Source: Promethearchaeota archaeon Loki_b32
GTDB taxonomy: Archaea; Asgardarchaeota; Lokiarchaeia; Sigyniarchaeales; SOKP01
Length of the DNA stretch: 64,000 nt
Direction: 5' to 3'
NCBI GenBank assembly: GCA_005223125.1
Contig: NJBH01000012.1
Coordinates: 32,001-96,000, forward strand
The notes beneath the pieces are model-generated. The model worked only from the letters and a program-made list of their open reading frames with translations, was not told the origin of the DNA and did no database searches. Shown piece by piece: positions 39,571 through 50,000 of this stretch. Position 1 is the stretch's first letter; every line of letters starts with the position of its first letter. A program made the position numbers and the translations under genes.

Positions 39571-40836
39571 TTATACCTTAAAAGCCCATTCTCCATTTCG
39601 CATTATTGGTTCAAATGTACCATCTTCAGTAATTCCATCAACGTCCATTTCACCTGAGCCTATCATGAAATCAATGTGGATAAGGCTTAGATTGCCCCCA
39701 ACTCCTGCAAAGTCATCATCTGACATTTCCTCCCCATTCTCAAGATTGAATTTCCTCGCTCTCCCAAATGCAACATGAATGGCCGCATTTTCATCGATAA
39801 GAGTATTATAAAAAAGCAAATCAGATTGTGATATGGGTGAACTATGCGGAACTAGTGCTATTTCACCAAGATACCGGGCTCCGTTATCCGTTTCAAGTGT
39901 TTTAAGCAAAAAATCTGCACCCTTTTTTGCCTTTACTTCAATTATTCTTCCTTCAGAGAATTTTAGTCTGAAATCTTCAATTATTACACCCCCATAATAG
40001 AGTGGTTTAGTGCTTGACACAATCCCTTCAGTTTTATCTTTATGGGGTATAGTGAAAATCTCCTCAGTTGGCATATTAGGTGTAAAATTAATCCCATTTT
40101 GAGTAGTAGTGATTCCACCTACCCATTTATGGCCTTTAGGTAAACCGATTGTTAAATCTGTTCCAGGAGCAATCAATTTTAATTCATTATATTTTTTACT
40201 ATTTAGATAGTCTTTTCTTTTACCAAGCTGGTCGATATGATCTCGCCACGCGGAAATAGGATCTTTTTCCTTAACCCGACAAATTTCAAAAATAGAATCC
40301 CAAAGTTTAGCTTTTCGACTTTTTTTAGGGAAAGTTGGGAAGACTTTATTTGCCCATCCATCAGTTGCTCCTGAAGCTGCTAACCAGTTCATTGCATTCT
40401 TAGAAATTAAATCAGATAGAGGCTTTACATGCTTGAAAAATGTTTGCTGAAATTTTGTAATTAATTGGGGATCTTGCTCACGAAGTAACTCAGGGTCAGA
40501 ACTAACAATAACAAGGTCTGCATCCCCAGCTTCACCAATTTTAACTTCTGCATCAATTCTCCATTTCGGAAATACTTCGAAGGAGTCTTTAGGGGCATGT
40601 TGGAATCTGATTAACCGCAATTGATCATCACCCCACATCACATCAACCAATCTAGCACCAATTTGATAAGCTTCTTTGGCAATCAATCGCACTAAGGGAG
40701 CAAATTCTAAGGGTGTGCCATCATTACTCAAAGTGAGTCCACCTATAAGTAACCGTTGTCCAGGTTGAAGATTTAATCCTACTTTAACGATAACTTTAGC
40801 ATACTTTTTTAAATTTTGCTCAAATTCTGAAGACAT
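39571..40836 (-). CDS. M29 aminopeptidase, copy 2
   Basis: NMPTEE, GEIALV, DENAAIHVAFG, HIDFM. Confidence 0.93.
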   Translation of the reverse strand: MSSEFEQNLKKYAKVIVKVGLNLQPGQRLLIGGLTLSNDGTPLEFAPLVRLIAKEAYQIGARLVDVMWGDDQLRLIRFQHAPKDSFEVFPKWRIDAEVKIGEAGDADLVIVSSDPELLREQDPQLITKFQQTFFKHVKPLSDLISKNAMNWLAASGATDGWANKVFPTFPKKSRKAKLWDSIFEICRVKEKDPISAWRDHIDQLGKRKDYLNSKKYNELKLIAPGTDLTIGLPKGHKWVGGITTTQNGINFTPNMPTEEIFTIPHKDKTEGIVSSTKPLYYGGVIIEDFRLKFSEGRIIEVKAKKGADFLLKTLETDNGARYLGEIALVPHSSPISQSDLLFYNTLIDENAAIHVAFGRARKFNLENGEEMSDDDFAGVGGNLSLIHIDFMIGSGEMDVDGITEDGTFEPIMRNGEWAFKV

Positions 40837-40933
40837 TGGATTTTCCTTTAAATTTTTAATTTTGATTAATACTGTTAGATTATATTTATTATATTAATGT
40901 TTTACATTTTGGAAGTTCTAACAAGAATTCAAA

Positions 40934-42199
40934 TTATACCTCAAAAGCCCATTCTCCCTTCCTCATAATTGGTTCAGCATTTCCATTATCTAATATTCCG
41001 TCAACATCCATTTCCCCTGAACCAAACATACAATCAATATGAATAAGGCTATTATTACCACCTAGGGCTGCAAATTCTTTATCAGATAAAGTTTCGCCAC
41101 CCTTAAAACTAAATTTATAACCTCGACCCAAAGCAATATGATTTGAAGCATTTTCATCAAGGAGAATATTATAGTAGAGTAATCCTGATTGTGAGATAGG
41201 TGAGCTGTGTGGAACAAGAGCAATTTCCCCTAAATAACTTGCACCTTCGTCTGTTTCAATTAAGTTACGTAGTAAATCTTCACCCTTTTTAGCAACAACT
41301 TCCACAATCTTTCCTTTAGAAAAAGTGAGTGTATAATTCTCTACTAAGCTTCCACTATAGTAAAGTGGTTTTGTACCTTTTACAACACCTTCAGTTTTAT
41401 CTTTATGAGGTATTGTAAATACTTCTTCTGTTGGAATATTTGCTGTAAAATCGATACCATTTTGACTAGTCATAGAACCACTATGCCACATATGCCCTTT
41501 TGGTAAACCTATTGTTAAATCTGTCCCAGTTGCAGTAAATTTTAATGACATATATTCCTTTTGGTTAAGATAATTACTTCTAGAAGCAAGTTGATTTACA
41601 TGATCTTGCCAAGCAGAAACAGGATCTTTATGTTTTATACGACAAATATCAAAGATTATATCCCAAAATTTATCTTTTCGCTTATCTGGTGGGATATCGG
41701 GAAAAACTTTATCAACCCATCCATCTATAGGAGCAGTGATGACTGCCCAGTTCATTGTATTTTGTACAACTAAATCCATGATAGGTGCCATGTGCTTAAA
41801 AAATGTCTGTTGCGAAATATTTACTAATTTAGGATCTTCATTAATCAGCAAATCAGGATTCTCTGCGTATATAACGAGTATTGCATCTCCAGATTTACCT
41901 ATATCATGTACTAAATCGGTTCTCCATGAAGGAAACTCCTCAAATGAATCCTTAGGGGCATATTTATATCTTAATAGCTGTAATTGATAGTCAATCCACA
42001 TGACATCCACAAATCTAGCACCTACTTTATAAGCTTTAGCTACAATCAATCTCACTAATGGGGCTAATTCAATAGGAGCATAAGTATCTGAGAATATAGG
42101 TGCCCCGATTAACAAATGCTGCCCAGATTGTAAATTAAGCCCTACTTTAATGATTACATCGGCATATTTGTCCAAATTCAGTTCAAATTCTGAAGACAT
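40934..42199 (-). CDS. M29 aminopeptidase, copy 1
   Basis: NIPTEE, GEIALV, DENASNHIALG, HIDCM. Confidence 0.93.
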   Translation of the reverse strand: MSSEFELNLDKYADVIIKVGLNLQSGQHLLIGAPIFSDTYAPIELAPLVRLIVAKAYKVGARFVDVMWIDYQLQLLRYKYAPKDSFEEFPSWRTDLVHDIGKSGDAILVIYAENPDLLINEDPKLVNISQQTFFKHMAPIMDLVVQNTMNWAVITAPIDGWVDKVFPDIPPDKRKDKFWDIIFDICRIKHKDPVSAWQDHVNQLASRSNYLNQKEYMSLKFTATGTDLTIGLPKGHMWHSGSMTSQNGIDFTANIPTEEVFTIPHKDKTEGVVKGTKPLYYSGSLVENYTLTFSKGKIVEVVAKKGEDLLRNLIETDEGASYLGEIALVPHSSPISQSGLLYYNILLDENASNHIALGRGYKFSFKGGETLSDKEFAALGGNNSLIHIDCMFGSGEMDVDGILDNGNAEPIMRKGEWAFEV

Positions 42200-42427
42200 T
42201 GGATATTCATTTAAATTTTTGAATTTAATTAATATTATTGGATTTTATTACTATTTAAAAGTTTTACAATTATCGAATTGATTTTAAAATATAGGAATTA
42301 AAAGCTTATACTTCATCTTTTTTTGATATTTTAACTTCAAGTCTTGATTCTTAATCGTTGTATTTTTAGATATGTTTAATATGATTTTTAGTCAATATTT
42401 TTATCTATTTTTTCATTAGATTAATTT

Positions 42428-42868
42428 ATGTCGAAAACAGAAATCGTTAAATTTGATGACTATAGTGAGGGAGATTCGGCCTCTTGTAGTAAGACTATTA
42501 CTGAAGCAGATGTAATCTTATTTGCAGGCATCAGTGGAGATTTCAATCCTCTTCATGTGAATGAGCAATTTGCAAAAACCCAAATGTTTGGTACACGGGT
42601 AGTGCATGGTGCTTTCAGTTCAGCATTAATTTCAGCAGTACTTGGTGTTCATTTATTTGGTCCAGGAGCCCTTTATGCTTCACAAAAGGTAGTATTTAAA
42701 AAACCAGTATATATTGGAGATACATTAACTGCAGTTGCAACAATAACAAAGAAATACACTAAAGAAGGTAAAAGTGGAACACTACAATTTCTAGATGTAG
42801 AAACAAAAGTATTGAACCAAAAAGATGAAGTTGTTACAGACGGAGAAGCCCAAGTACTAGTCATGTAA
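42428..42868 (+). CDS. MaoC/PhaJ-like (R)-enoyl-CoA hydratase
   Basis: FAGISGDFNPLHVN hydratase-2 motif, VVHG, FKKPVYIGD. Confidence 0.9.
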   Translation: MSKTEIVKFDDYSEGDSASCSKTITEADVILFAGISGDFNPLHVNEQFAKTQMFGTRVVHGAFSSALISAVLGVHLFGPGALYASQKVVFKKPVYIGDTLTAVATITKKYTKEGKSGTLQFLDVETKVLNQKDEVVTDGEAQVLVM

Positions 42869-43013
42869 CATTTTTTTTTCTTTTTTCATATTTTAACAAT
42901 GCGTTTTTTCTTTCATTTCATTTTATTTTTTTTTTATTTCGCCCCTCAGCTCTTTGAGCAAATGTTTTCGAAAAATTTTTTGTATTTGCTTTATTTTTTT
43001 TAAATGGTATGAA

Positions 43014-44150
43014 ATGTCAGAAAAAGTCGAAGATCGAATAAAAGAACTAGAAGAACGATTGGCTTCCACCAAGGTAAACAAAGCTACACAAAAAAGTATA
43101 AATTTCATTAAAGCACAACTAGCCAAACTCCGCGAAGATTTGATTCGCATTGCCAGTTCTAAAAAAGGAGGTGGCGGTGGCTTTGGAATAAAAAAATCTG
43201 GAGATGCTCAGGTATCTTTTATTGGATATCCTTCAGTAGGAAAATCTTCCTTACTTAACTTGCTTACCGGAGGGAAAACTCATTCTAAAGTAGCAGCGTA
43301 CGAGTTTACAACGGTAACAGCTATACCCGGTATGATGAATATTGAAGATGCTAAAATACAGCTTATTGATTTGCCAGGGGTAATTTTAGGTGCAGCTACA
43401 GGAAAAGGACGTGGTAAGGAAGTGTTGGGGGCAGTAAGGACTGCTGAGTTAATTTTAATTATTATATGTTTTCGTCAAGATGGAACTATTAATATCACAG
43501 ACTTAGATTTAATTAGAAAAGAATTAAATGACGCTGGGATTCGGTTAAACACTCAACCCCCACGGATTCAGATAAAGGAACGAAACCAAGGAGGTATACA
43601 TTTCACATATAATGGGAATCAATTAATGGATACAGAAGAAGTTAAATCTTTAATGAATGATTTGAAAATTCGTAATGCGGGTGTTTACTTCGCCGAACCT
43701 GACATTATCCCAGATCAATTAATAGATTTCGTTTTAGGTAATCGAGTTTATACAAGAGAATTTGTTGTCATAAATAAATCTGATTTAATGGAAGCTCCAA
43801 TTCCCCCTGAAAAGATTACAGAAGCAATTGGTCATGAACATTGGGTTATGGTCTCAGCGAAAAATAAAGAAAATATTAATACGCTTAAGCATAATATCTT
43901 CATGGAGCTGAATTTAATACGAGTGTTTTTGAAGCCACCAAGACAGGAAGCTGATATGAATGAGCCAATAATTCTTCACCGGGGCGATACACTAAAGAAA
44001 CTCTGTCGTAAAATTCACAAACGATTCATAAGCGATTATCGCTACTCGTTAGTATGGGGTAAATCTGCTAAGCACCCCGGTCAAAAATTTGATAACCTAG
44101 ATCACGTAGTTGAGGATGGTGACATAATTTCAATTTATCTGAAGCGATAG
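43014..44150 (+). CDS. DRG-family OBG GTPase with C-terminal TGS domain
   Basis: NKAT, GYPSVGKS, YEFTT, DLPG, NKSD, TGS (WGKSAKHPGQ); real start likely ATG 43014. Confidence 0.92.
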   Translation: MSEKVEDRIKELEERLASTKVNKATQKSINFIKAQLAKLREDLIRIASSKKGGGGGFGIKKSGDAQVSFIGYPSVGKSSLLNLLTGGKTHSKVAAYEFTTVTAIPGMMNIEDAKIQLIDLPGVILGAATGKGRGKEVLGAVRTAELILIIICFRQDGTINITDLDLIRKELNDAGIRLNTQPPRIQIKERNQGGIHFTYNGNQLMDTEEVKSLMNDLKIRNAGVYFAEPDIIPDQLIDFVLGNRVYTREFVVINKSDLMEAPIPPEKITEAIGHEHWVMVSAKNKENINTLKHNIFMELNLIRVFLKPPRQEADMNEPIILHRGDTLKKLCRKIHKRFISDYRYSLVWGKSAKHPGQKFDNLDHVVEDGDIISIYLKR

Positions 44151-44653
44151 TAGGAATGAAGAATTTAAATCTTTAAAATCAACAAAATTAGAGAAGAATT
44201 ATTCTATTCATTAATTTCTTTATTAATTAAACTTTTAAAATGTTATATTAAAACTTAATACTAATGTCAGTAAATCTTGTTAATGGAAATATTGATATTA
44301 GTAGAAAAGCTGAAACATTAATATATTAAACAATAAAAGATATTCATTTTTTCATCGTTTTAAGTTCATAAAAAAATAAAAAAATAAGAGTTTGATGGGA
44401 AATATTAATAGAATTAGAAAAAAATCAAAAATAAAAAAAAAGTTATATATGTACACATCATTTTTAAGAGGGATGGACTCTATATCAAATCAAGCTGGAC
44501 CATTAATGTATTCAAAGATGGATGAACTAGCTATTAAGTTAGGGATTTCTAAAGAGGAGCGAATTTCTTCGTAAAAATATTAAAAAAAGCCCCTTTTTTT
44601 ATTTCTGAATATAAACTTTAACGTGTCATAATATTCCAGAACAAAATCTAAAG

Positions 44654-44760
44654 TTTTCCTATAAGTAAGGGAAAAGGAAAAATTTTATTTGTATCTTAGA
44701 TGTTTAAAATAAGATTAAGATATTTTTAGAAATCATTCTGAGTCAATATAACTGAGCATT
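44654..44760 (+). promoter_or_regulatory. Duplicated promoter module, copy A (upstream of radical SAM gene)
   Basis: Homologous to 46956-47060; identical 21-mer TTAGATGTTTAAAATAAGATT containing a TATA-like box. Confidence 0.7.
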
Positions 44761-44826
44761 TCAAATTTAGACAATAAATCTTTTCTATCAATTCTTTTTT
44801 AAATCATAGATTCTTATATCAAACTC

Positions 44827-45552
44827 ATGAAAAAGCAATATTTAAGCGAAATTATGGATCATCCTCTTTTGGGAAAATTACTTCCTGTTGATTTTAGCCC
44901 TTTAAAGACATGCTCCTTTAACTGTTATTATTGTAGTCTAGGAAAAACTACTAAAATAACTATGGAACGGGAGGAATTTTATCCAGTTAAAGATGTTTTT
45001 CAGGAAGTTGATTCATATATACAACAAAATGACTCTCCTGATACGATCATCCTTACAGGAAGCGGTGAACCTGCATTATATTCGAAATTTGGAGAATTAG
45101 CACGAAAAATCAAAGAGAAATATCCTTCCATTACGATAACAGCATATTCAAATGCGTCTTTGTTGACTGATCCTGAAGTACGAAAAGATTTTTGTGAATG
45201 TGATGTAATGCAATTCAATTTAAATGCTGTTAACGCTGAAGAATTCCGAAAATTAAATAGACACCATGGTAATGTAAGAATTGAGGATGTTCTTGAAGGA
45301 ATGAAGAAATTTAAAACTGAGTTTAATAAACCAATCTGGATTCATTCTATTTTTGGTAATAATTTTAATATCTCCGAAGAAAACATTATCGGATTGCGAG
45401 ATTTTATAGCTGAATTCAAACCAGAAAAATATATTATTCGGAAATTTGAAATAGAAAATGATGTGAAACCATTAAGTAATAAAACTATCAATTTCATTAA
45501 ATCTCATATGGATTCTTTAGATTGTGAATGTAAATACATGGGATTTGATTAA
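44827..45552 (+). CDS. Radical SAM protein
   Basis: KTCSFNCYYCSLG (CxxxCxxC), GSGEP, YSNASL. Confidence 0.88.
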   Translation: MKKQYLSEIMDHPLLGKLLPVDFSPLKTCSFNCYYCSLGKTTKITMEREEFYPVKDVFQEVDSYIQQNDSPDTIILTGSGEPALYSKFGELARKIKEKYPSITITAYSNASLLTDPEVRKDFCECDVMQFNLNAVNAEEFRKLNRHHGNVRIEDVLEGMKKFKTEFNKPIWIHSIFGNNFNISEENIIGLRDFIAEFKPEKYIIRKFEIENDVKPLSNKTINFIKSHMDSLDCECKYMGFD

Positions 45553-45596
45553 TGAGAATCATAGACTCATTTTTCAGAATTTGTACAGTTATAAAA

Positions 45597-46874
45597 TCAA
45601 TTTTGCGGGAAAAACAAAACAGTTGGAACTAAATTTCCTTTAAGAGACAATCTCTCATTTTTTGCGAGATTTACTAGTTTGGATGCTAAATAATTTATTG
45701 ATTGTTCGGCAGAATCAAGATTAAATAGGTTTCTATATTTAGAATCATCTGGATTTGATAGAACTGTTTTTTGCCAATTCAAGCCTAAAGCATTTGCCTG
45801 TAATTGTAACCCTGCAAGTGCCATCCCTGCTTCAATCTCAGCCCAATATTTTAGATTCATAACTTTATGCATAAATCCAGCACAGGGTTTCTTTCTATCT
45901 ATACATAATAGAATAGCATAATTGGAGAAATTAATGCCAAGTTCCTTTTCAATTTCGCCTTTAGAACTATCTGAAGTATAATATTGAAGAAAATGATCAT
46001 AAGTTATCTTTTCATTCACACTAGTCCATCTATTTAACGCAGAATATCCAACAGGATTATATATATATGATCCTTTTGGTAGGTTAGCAAGGTCCTCTAC
46101 AATAACTATTGGATAAACAGCATAACCAGCGCATCCGGAAGCATGAACTCTACCATAACCGTTTTTCTCTAAAGCATCTCTATTTCCATGAGTCGCATGG
46201 TCATTTTCTCCTTGACAAGCCCATAATAATTGAGAGATTTCATGTAAATTCGTATAATTTGGGGTTTTTTTATCTGTTTGATTAAAGATAGCAGTATCTA
46301 ATGGTACTCCTTCATATCGATTTTTATAAATCAAGCGATCTTTGTAGCATGATGGAGTGTCGAGTAATACAGTACCTTCCTCAACTTCTTTTTGAATAGG
46401 TTTTGAGGTATCCTCTACTAATTCTCGTCGATCTCGTTCTCGAACTGCTACTGAATAAAAAAAGACATGATTTTGATTGAGTTCAGTATTAATTAGTTTA
46501 TTATATTTTTTCGGAGCTCTTGCACGTTGTGACACTCCAAGCCCCATACTTTCCACTTTTAATGAGAGATATTGCCAAATAAGCCCTACATCGATTAATT
46601 CATTTAACGCAATTGATTCTTTCCAAATCAATTCCGGATAGAGCTCCATTGAATATTGAGTTTTTTCTTTACCTGTAATTAGCGTTAAATCTTCATCTTT
46701 ATACGAATATATTCCACCCGAAGATTCTTCTCCATCGGGCAGTACTACAAATAAAGATTTTGAAGGTGCCGCTTGGTTGGTCGATTTACAAATATTTAGG
46801 ATTTCCCCTTTCGATAAAGTTCGACCCTCCCCAGAGCAGTCTTTACGACTTGCTAAACATTCTTGTAAACTCAT
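45597..46874 (-). CDS. Tandem nitroreductase/SagB-like domain protein (divergent)
   Basis: ISQLLWACQG, GSYIYNP, EAGMALAGLQLQANALGL and an N-terminal repeat DVGLIWQYLSLKVESMGLG. Confidence 0.6.
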   Translation of the reverse strand: MSLQECLASRKDCSGEGRTLSKGEILNICKSTNQAAPSKSLFVVLPDGEESSGGIYSYKDEDLTLITGKEKTQYSMELYPELIWKESIALNELIDVGLIWQYLSLKVESMGLGVSQRARAPKKYNKLINTELNQNHVFFYSVAVRERDRRELVEDTSKPIQKEVEEGTVLLDTPSCYKDRLIYKNRYEGVPLDTAIFNQTDKKTPNYTNLHEISQLLWACQGENDHATHGNRDALEKNGYGRVHASGCAGYAVYPIVIVEDLANLPKGSYIYNPVGYSALNRWTSVNEKITYDHFLQYYTSDSSKGEIEKELGINFSNYAILLCIDRKKPCAGFMHKVMNLKYWAEIEAGMALAGLQLQANALGLNWQKTVLSNPDDSKYRNLFNLDSAEQSINYLASKLVNLAKNERLSLKGNLVPTVLFFPQN

Positions 46875-46955
46875 TTTTAATTCAATTTTTTATCTATTTA
46901 ACTGTACTTAGACATTTATTTCAAATTAAATTTGTGATAAGTAATTTTCTAATAA

Positions 46956-47060
46956 AATTCCCATAAATATGGGAAAAGGTAAAATTTTTTATGTAATTTA
47001 GATGTTTAAAATAAGATTGAAATTTTATGAAATCGTTCTCAGTCATTAGAACCGAGAAAT
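46956..47060 (+). promoter_or_regulatory. Duplicated promoter module, copy B (upstream of CoA ligase operon)
   Basis: Perfect palindrome TTCCCATA-AA-TATGGGAA (46958-46975), TATA-like core, near-perfect palindrome TTCTCAGT-N7-ACCGAGAA downstream. Confidence 0.7.
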
Positions 47061-47102
47061 TATTAATTTAAATGAAAAGATATATGAAAGGAGGAATACT
47101 GT

Positions 47103-48683
47103 ATGACTTGGCTTAATCTTGGTGAAATTGTAAATGTTAATGCATATAAATATCCAAACAAACTTGCTCTGAAAGATGCAAGGCGTCAATTAACATTTGA
47201 AGAATTAAATGAAAGAACTAATAAACTTGCCAATGGAATTCTTAAAAATGGGATAAAAAAGGGGGATAAGATAGCTATATTATCTAATAATTCGATAGAG
47301 TTTATGGAAATTTATGTTGCAGCCGCGAAAGGAGGATTTATAATCGTTCCTTTAAATTTTCGCTTACATCCAGATGATATTTCTTTTATAATTAATAATT
47401 CGGATGCAAAATGGTTATTCGTAGAATCCCGATTCCGTGAAGCAACGGAAAAAATATGGTTAAGAGCTAAAGAATTAGGATTTGAAAATGTTGAACGTGT
47501 CTTGATTGACGATGAACCAGCAAAAAGTTGGAAATTTTTTGAAGATATTGTAGAAATGGGAGAAAACTCTTATCCTTTAATCAAAATTAAGCCTGAAGAT
47601 ACGTGGATTATTCTATATACATCAGGTACAACTGGGAAACCTAAAGGTGTAATCCGTTCACATCGTTCTTATATAGCATTTTTCTTAATTAATGGAGTTG
47701 AATTTTCCTTTACACCCCAGGATTATGGGATGATCCTGATGCCGCTCTCTCATGTAAATTCTACATTCTATTCATTTGTCTTTATATATATAGGAGCACC
47801 AGTTTATATCCATATCGAGTATAACTTTGATCCAGAGGAAATTTTAAAGATAATTGATCAAGAGAAAATAACTTTTACTTCTATGATACCTACTCATTAT
47901 AATTTGATATTAAGTCTTCCTGAGGAAGTAAAACAAAAGTATGATCTTAGTTCTGTAACGTCATTATTGACTTCTTCCGCGCCTGCTACTAAGCAAATGA
48001 AATTAGATGTAATGAATCTCTTTATTAAAACAAAACTCTTTGAAGCTTATGGTTCAACAGAAGCAGGGCTTGTAACTCTCCTTAGACCTGAAGATCAAAT
48101 GAATAAGTTAGGTTCAATTGGAAAAGAGTGTATTGGAACAGATTGTATAAAGCTTTTAGATGAAGACGGAAATCCAGTTCCTATAGGAGACATTGGAGAA
48201 CTGTATTCCCGTGGCCCACAAATGTTTGATGAATATTACAAATTACCAGAAAAAACTAAAGATTCTTTTAAAGGAGAATTTTTCAGTGCTGGTGATATGG
48301 GTAAAAAAGACGAAGAAGGGTTTTATACGCTCGTAGATAGAAAAGCAAACATGCTTATCTCTGGTGGAGAACATGTTTATCCATCTGAAGTTGAAAAAGT
48401 TCTTGTTTCACATCCGTCGGTTATTGAATGCGCTGTAATCGGTTTACAAGATTACAAGTGGGGTGAAAAAGTCACAGCAGTTTGTATTTTAAATAAAGAA
48501 ATAGTACCTTCCGATGAAATAACTAAAGAACTCCGTCAATATTGCGATGATAAGTTAGCAAGATTTAAAATCCCAAAAGATGTTTTATACATTAATTCAG
48601 ATGAGATGCCTAGAACTGGTTCTGGAAAAGTTATTCACCGATTATTAAGAGAACGATTTAATAAGCAAATTAATAATGAATAA
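47103..48683 (+). CDS. AMP-dependent acyl-CoA synthetase
   Basis: YTSGTTGKPKG, AYGSTE, SAGDMG, DRKANMLISGG, PRTGSGK. Confidence 0.93.
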   Translation: MTWLNLGEIVNVNAYKYPNKLALKDARRQLTFEELNERTNKLANGILKNGIKKGDKIAILSNNSIEFMEIYVAAAKGGFIIVPLNFRLHPDDISFIINNSDAKWLFVESRFREATEKIWLRAKELGFENVERVLIDDEPAKSWKFFEDIVEMGENSYPLIKIKPEDTWIILYTSGTTGKPKGVIRSHRSYIAFFLINGVEFSFTPQDYGMILMPLSHVNSTFYSFVFIYIGAPVYIHIEYNFDPEEILKIIDQEKITFTSMIPTHYNLILSLPEEVKQKYDLSSVTSLLTSSAPATKQMKLDVMNLFIKTKLFEAYGSTEAGLVTLLRPEDQMNKLGSIGKECIGTDCIKLLDEDGNPVPIGDIGELYSRGPQMFDEYYKLPEKTKDSFKGEFFSAGDMGKKDEEGFYTLVDRKANMLISGGEHVYPSEVEKVLVSHPSVIECAVIGLQDYKWGEKVTAVCILNKEIVPSDEITKELRQYCDDKLARFKIPKDVLYINSDEMPRTGSGKVIHRLLRERFNKQINNE

Positions 48684-48730
48684 GAAATTATCAAAATAAC
48701 AATTAAGAAATAAATTAGGTTGTTAAAAAA

Positions 48731-49939
48731 ATGTCTTTTAAAAAAGCTTACATACCTTATGGACAATACTGGAGTACTCCTTTTTCAAGGTGGCAAATGA
48801 GTTTTCAAAATCTCCATGCTATAAAGTTTGCAGCAGATATAACGACACGCTTTTTAAATGAAAGGGAAATTTCTCCTAATGACTTTGATGAACTCATATT
48901 TGGTATTACAATTCCGCAACTCTATTGTTTCTATGGAGGACCTTGGTTAGCTAGCATGATTGGAGCTGAACATGTTACCGGACCTATGATCAGTCAAGCA
49001 TGTGCTACAGGAACTAATACTATTTCTATCGCGGCTCAGAATATTGAAACAGGAACAAATAAAAATGTACTTGTAGTAACCGCAGATCGATGTTCTAATG
49101 GGCCTCATCTTGTGTATCCGAACCCTCAAGCACCAGGTAGCACGGTGGATGCAGAAAGCTGGGTATGGGATAATTTTGGTCGAGATCCATTTGCTAAGAA
49201 TTCGATGATACAAACTGCTGAAAATGTAGTTAAAGAAGTGGGGATTACTAAAAAGGAACAAGATGAAGTTACTTTGTTACGTTATAATCAATATCAAGAT
49301 TCTATGAAAGATAATAGAGCTTTTCAAAAGAAATATATGATAGATCCTATCGAAGTTAAAGATCGGTCTGGAAGAAAAGTACTTGCAACAGTAGAAGGAG
49401 ATGAGGGGATATATCCAACCACAATGGAAGGATTATTAAAACTTAGACCAGTACTTCCAGAAGGTACAGTTACTTATGGAACTCAAACACATCCAGGAGA
49501 TGCTAATTGCGGTGTAATTGTCGCTACAAAAGAAAAGGCAGATCAATTAAGGAAAAGAGACGATGTTGAGATTAGGATTGTATCTTATGGAGAACATAAA
49601 ACAAAGAAAGGATATATGGCAATGGCGATAGTTCCAGCCGCAAAAAAAGCTTTGGACAATGCCGAGATTACAATAAAAGATGTATCAGTTATTAAAACAC
49701 ATAACCCTTTTGCAGTTAATGATGTATATTTCTGTAGAGAGATGGATATCGAATGGAAAGATATGAACAATTACGGAAGCTCACTTATATATGGTCATCC
49801 TCAAGCACCTACAATGATGAGAATTATTATCGAATTAATAGAAGAATTGGTGGAGAAGGGAGGAGGAATCGGTTTAGCCGACGGGTGTGCTGCTGGGGAT
49901 ACTGGTGCAGCTCTGGTTTTGGAAGTTAAAGTAGAATGA
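48731..49939 (+). CDS. Thiolase family protein (HNPF/CAAGD variant)
   Basis: QACATG active Cys, KTHNPF, YGHPQ, GCAAGDTG. Confidence 0.88.
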   Translation: MSFKKAYIPYGQYWSTPFSRWQMSFQNLHAIKFAADITTRFLNEREISPNDFDELIFGITIPQLYCFYGGPWLASMIGAEHVTGPMISQACATGTNTISIAAQNIETGTNKNVLVVTADRCSNGPHLVYPNPQAPGSTVDAESWVWDNFGRDPFAKNSMIQTAENVVKEVGITKKEQDEVTLLRYNQYQDSMKDNRAFQKKYMIDPIEVKDRSGRKVLATVEGDEGIYPTTMEGLLKLRPVLPEGTVTYGTQTHPGDANCGVIVATKEKADQLRKRDDVEIRIVSYGEHKTKKGYMAMAIVPAAKKALDNAEITIKDVSVIKTHNPFAVNDVYFCREMDIEWKDMNNYGSSLIYGHPQAPTMMRIIIELIEELVEKGGGIGLADGCAAGDTGAALVLEVKVE

Positions 49940-50000
49940 CTTAAAATCTTATTATTTATTTTTTTAAAAATAGAATTTAAACAATAGGAAAGTATGTTTA

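Larger units (their letters stand above)
38228..42270 (-). repeat. Tandem triplication of gene plus ~70-80 bp upstream promoter region
   Basis: Each copy starts MSSEFE and ends GEWAFxV; upstream regions (39485-39558, 40837-40910, 42200-42270) are visibly homologous. Confidence 0.85.

Noticed and set aside
42954-43013. N-terminal extension of the DRG GTPase in the ORF track
   Set aside because: T-rich promoter-like sequence; family homology begins at MSEKVEDRIK (43014).
44392-46874. RiPP cluster (short ORF + radical SAM + SagB-like)
   Set aside because: No YcaO, RRE, SPASM domain, peptidase or transporter; the genes are convergent; the short ORF is not Cys/Ser/Thr-core-like and its 5' half is low-complexity A-rich sequence.
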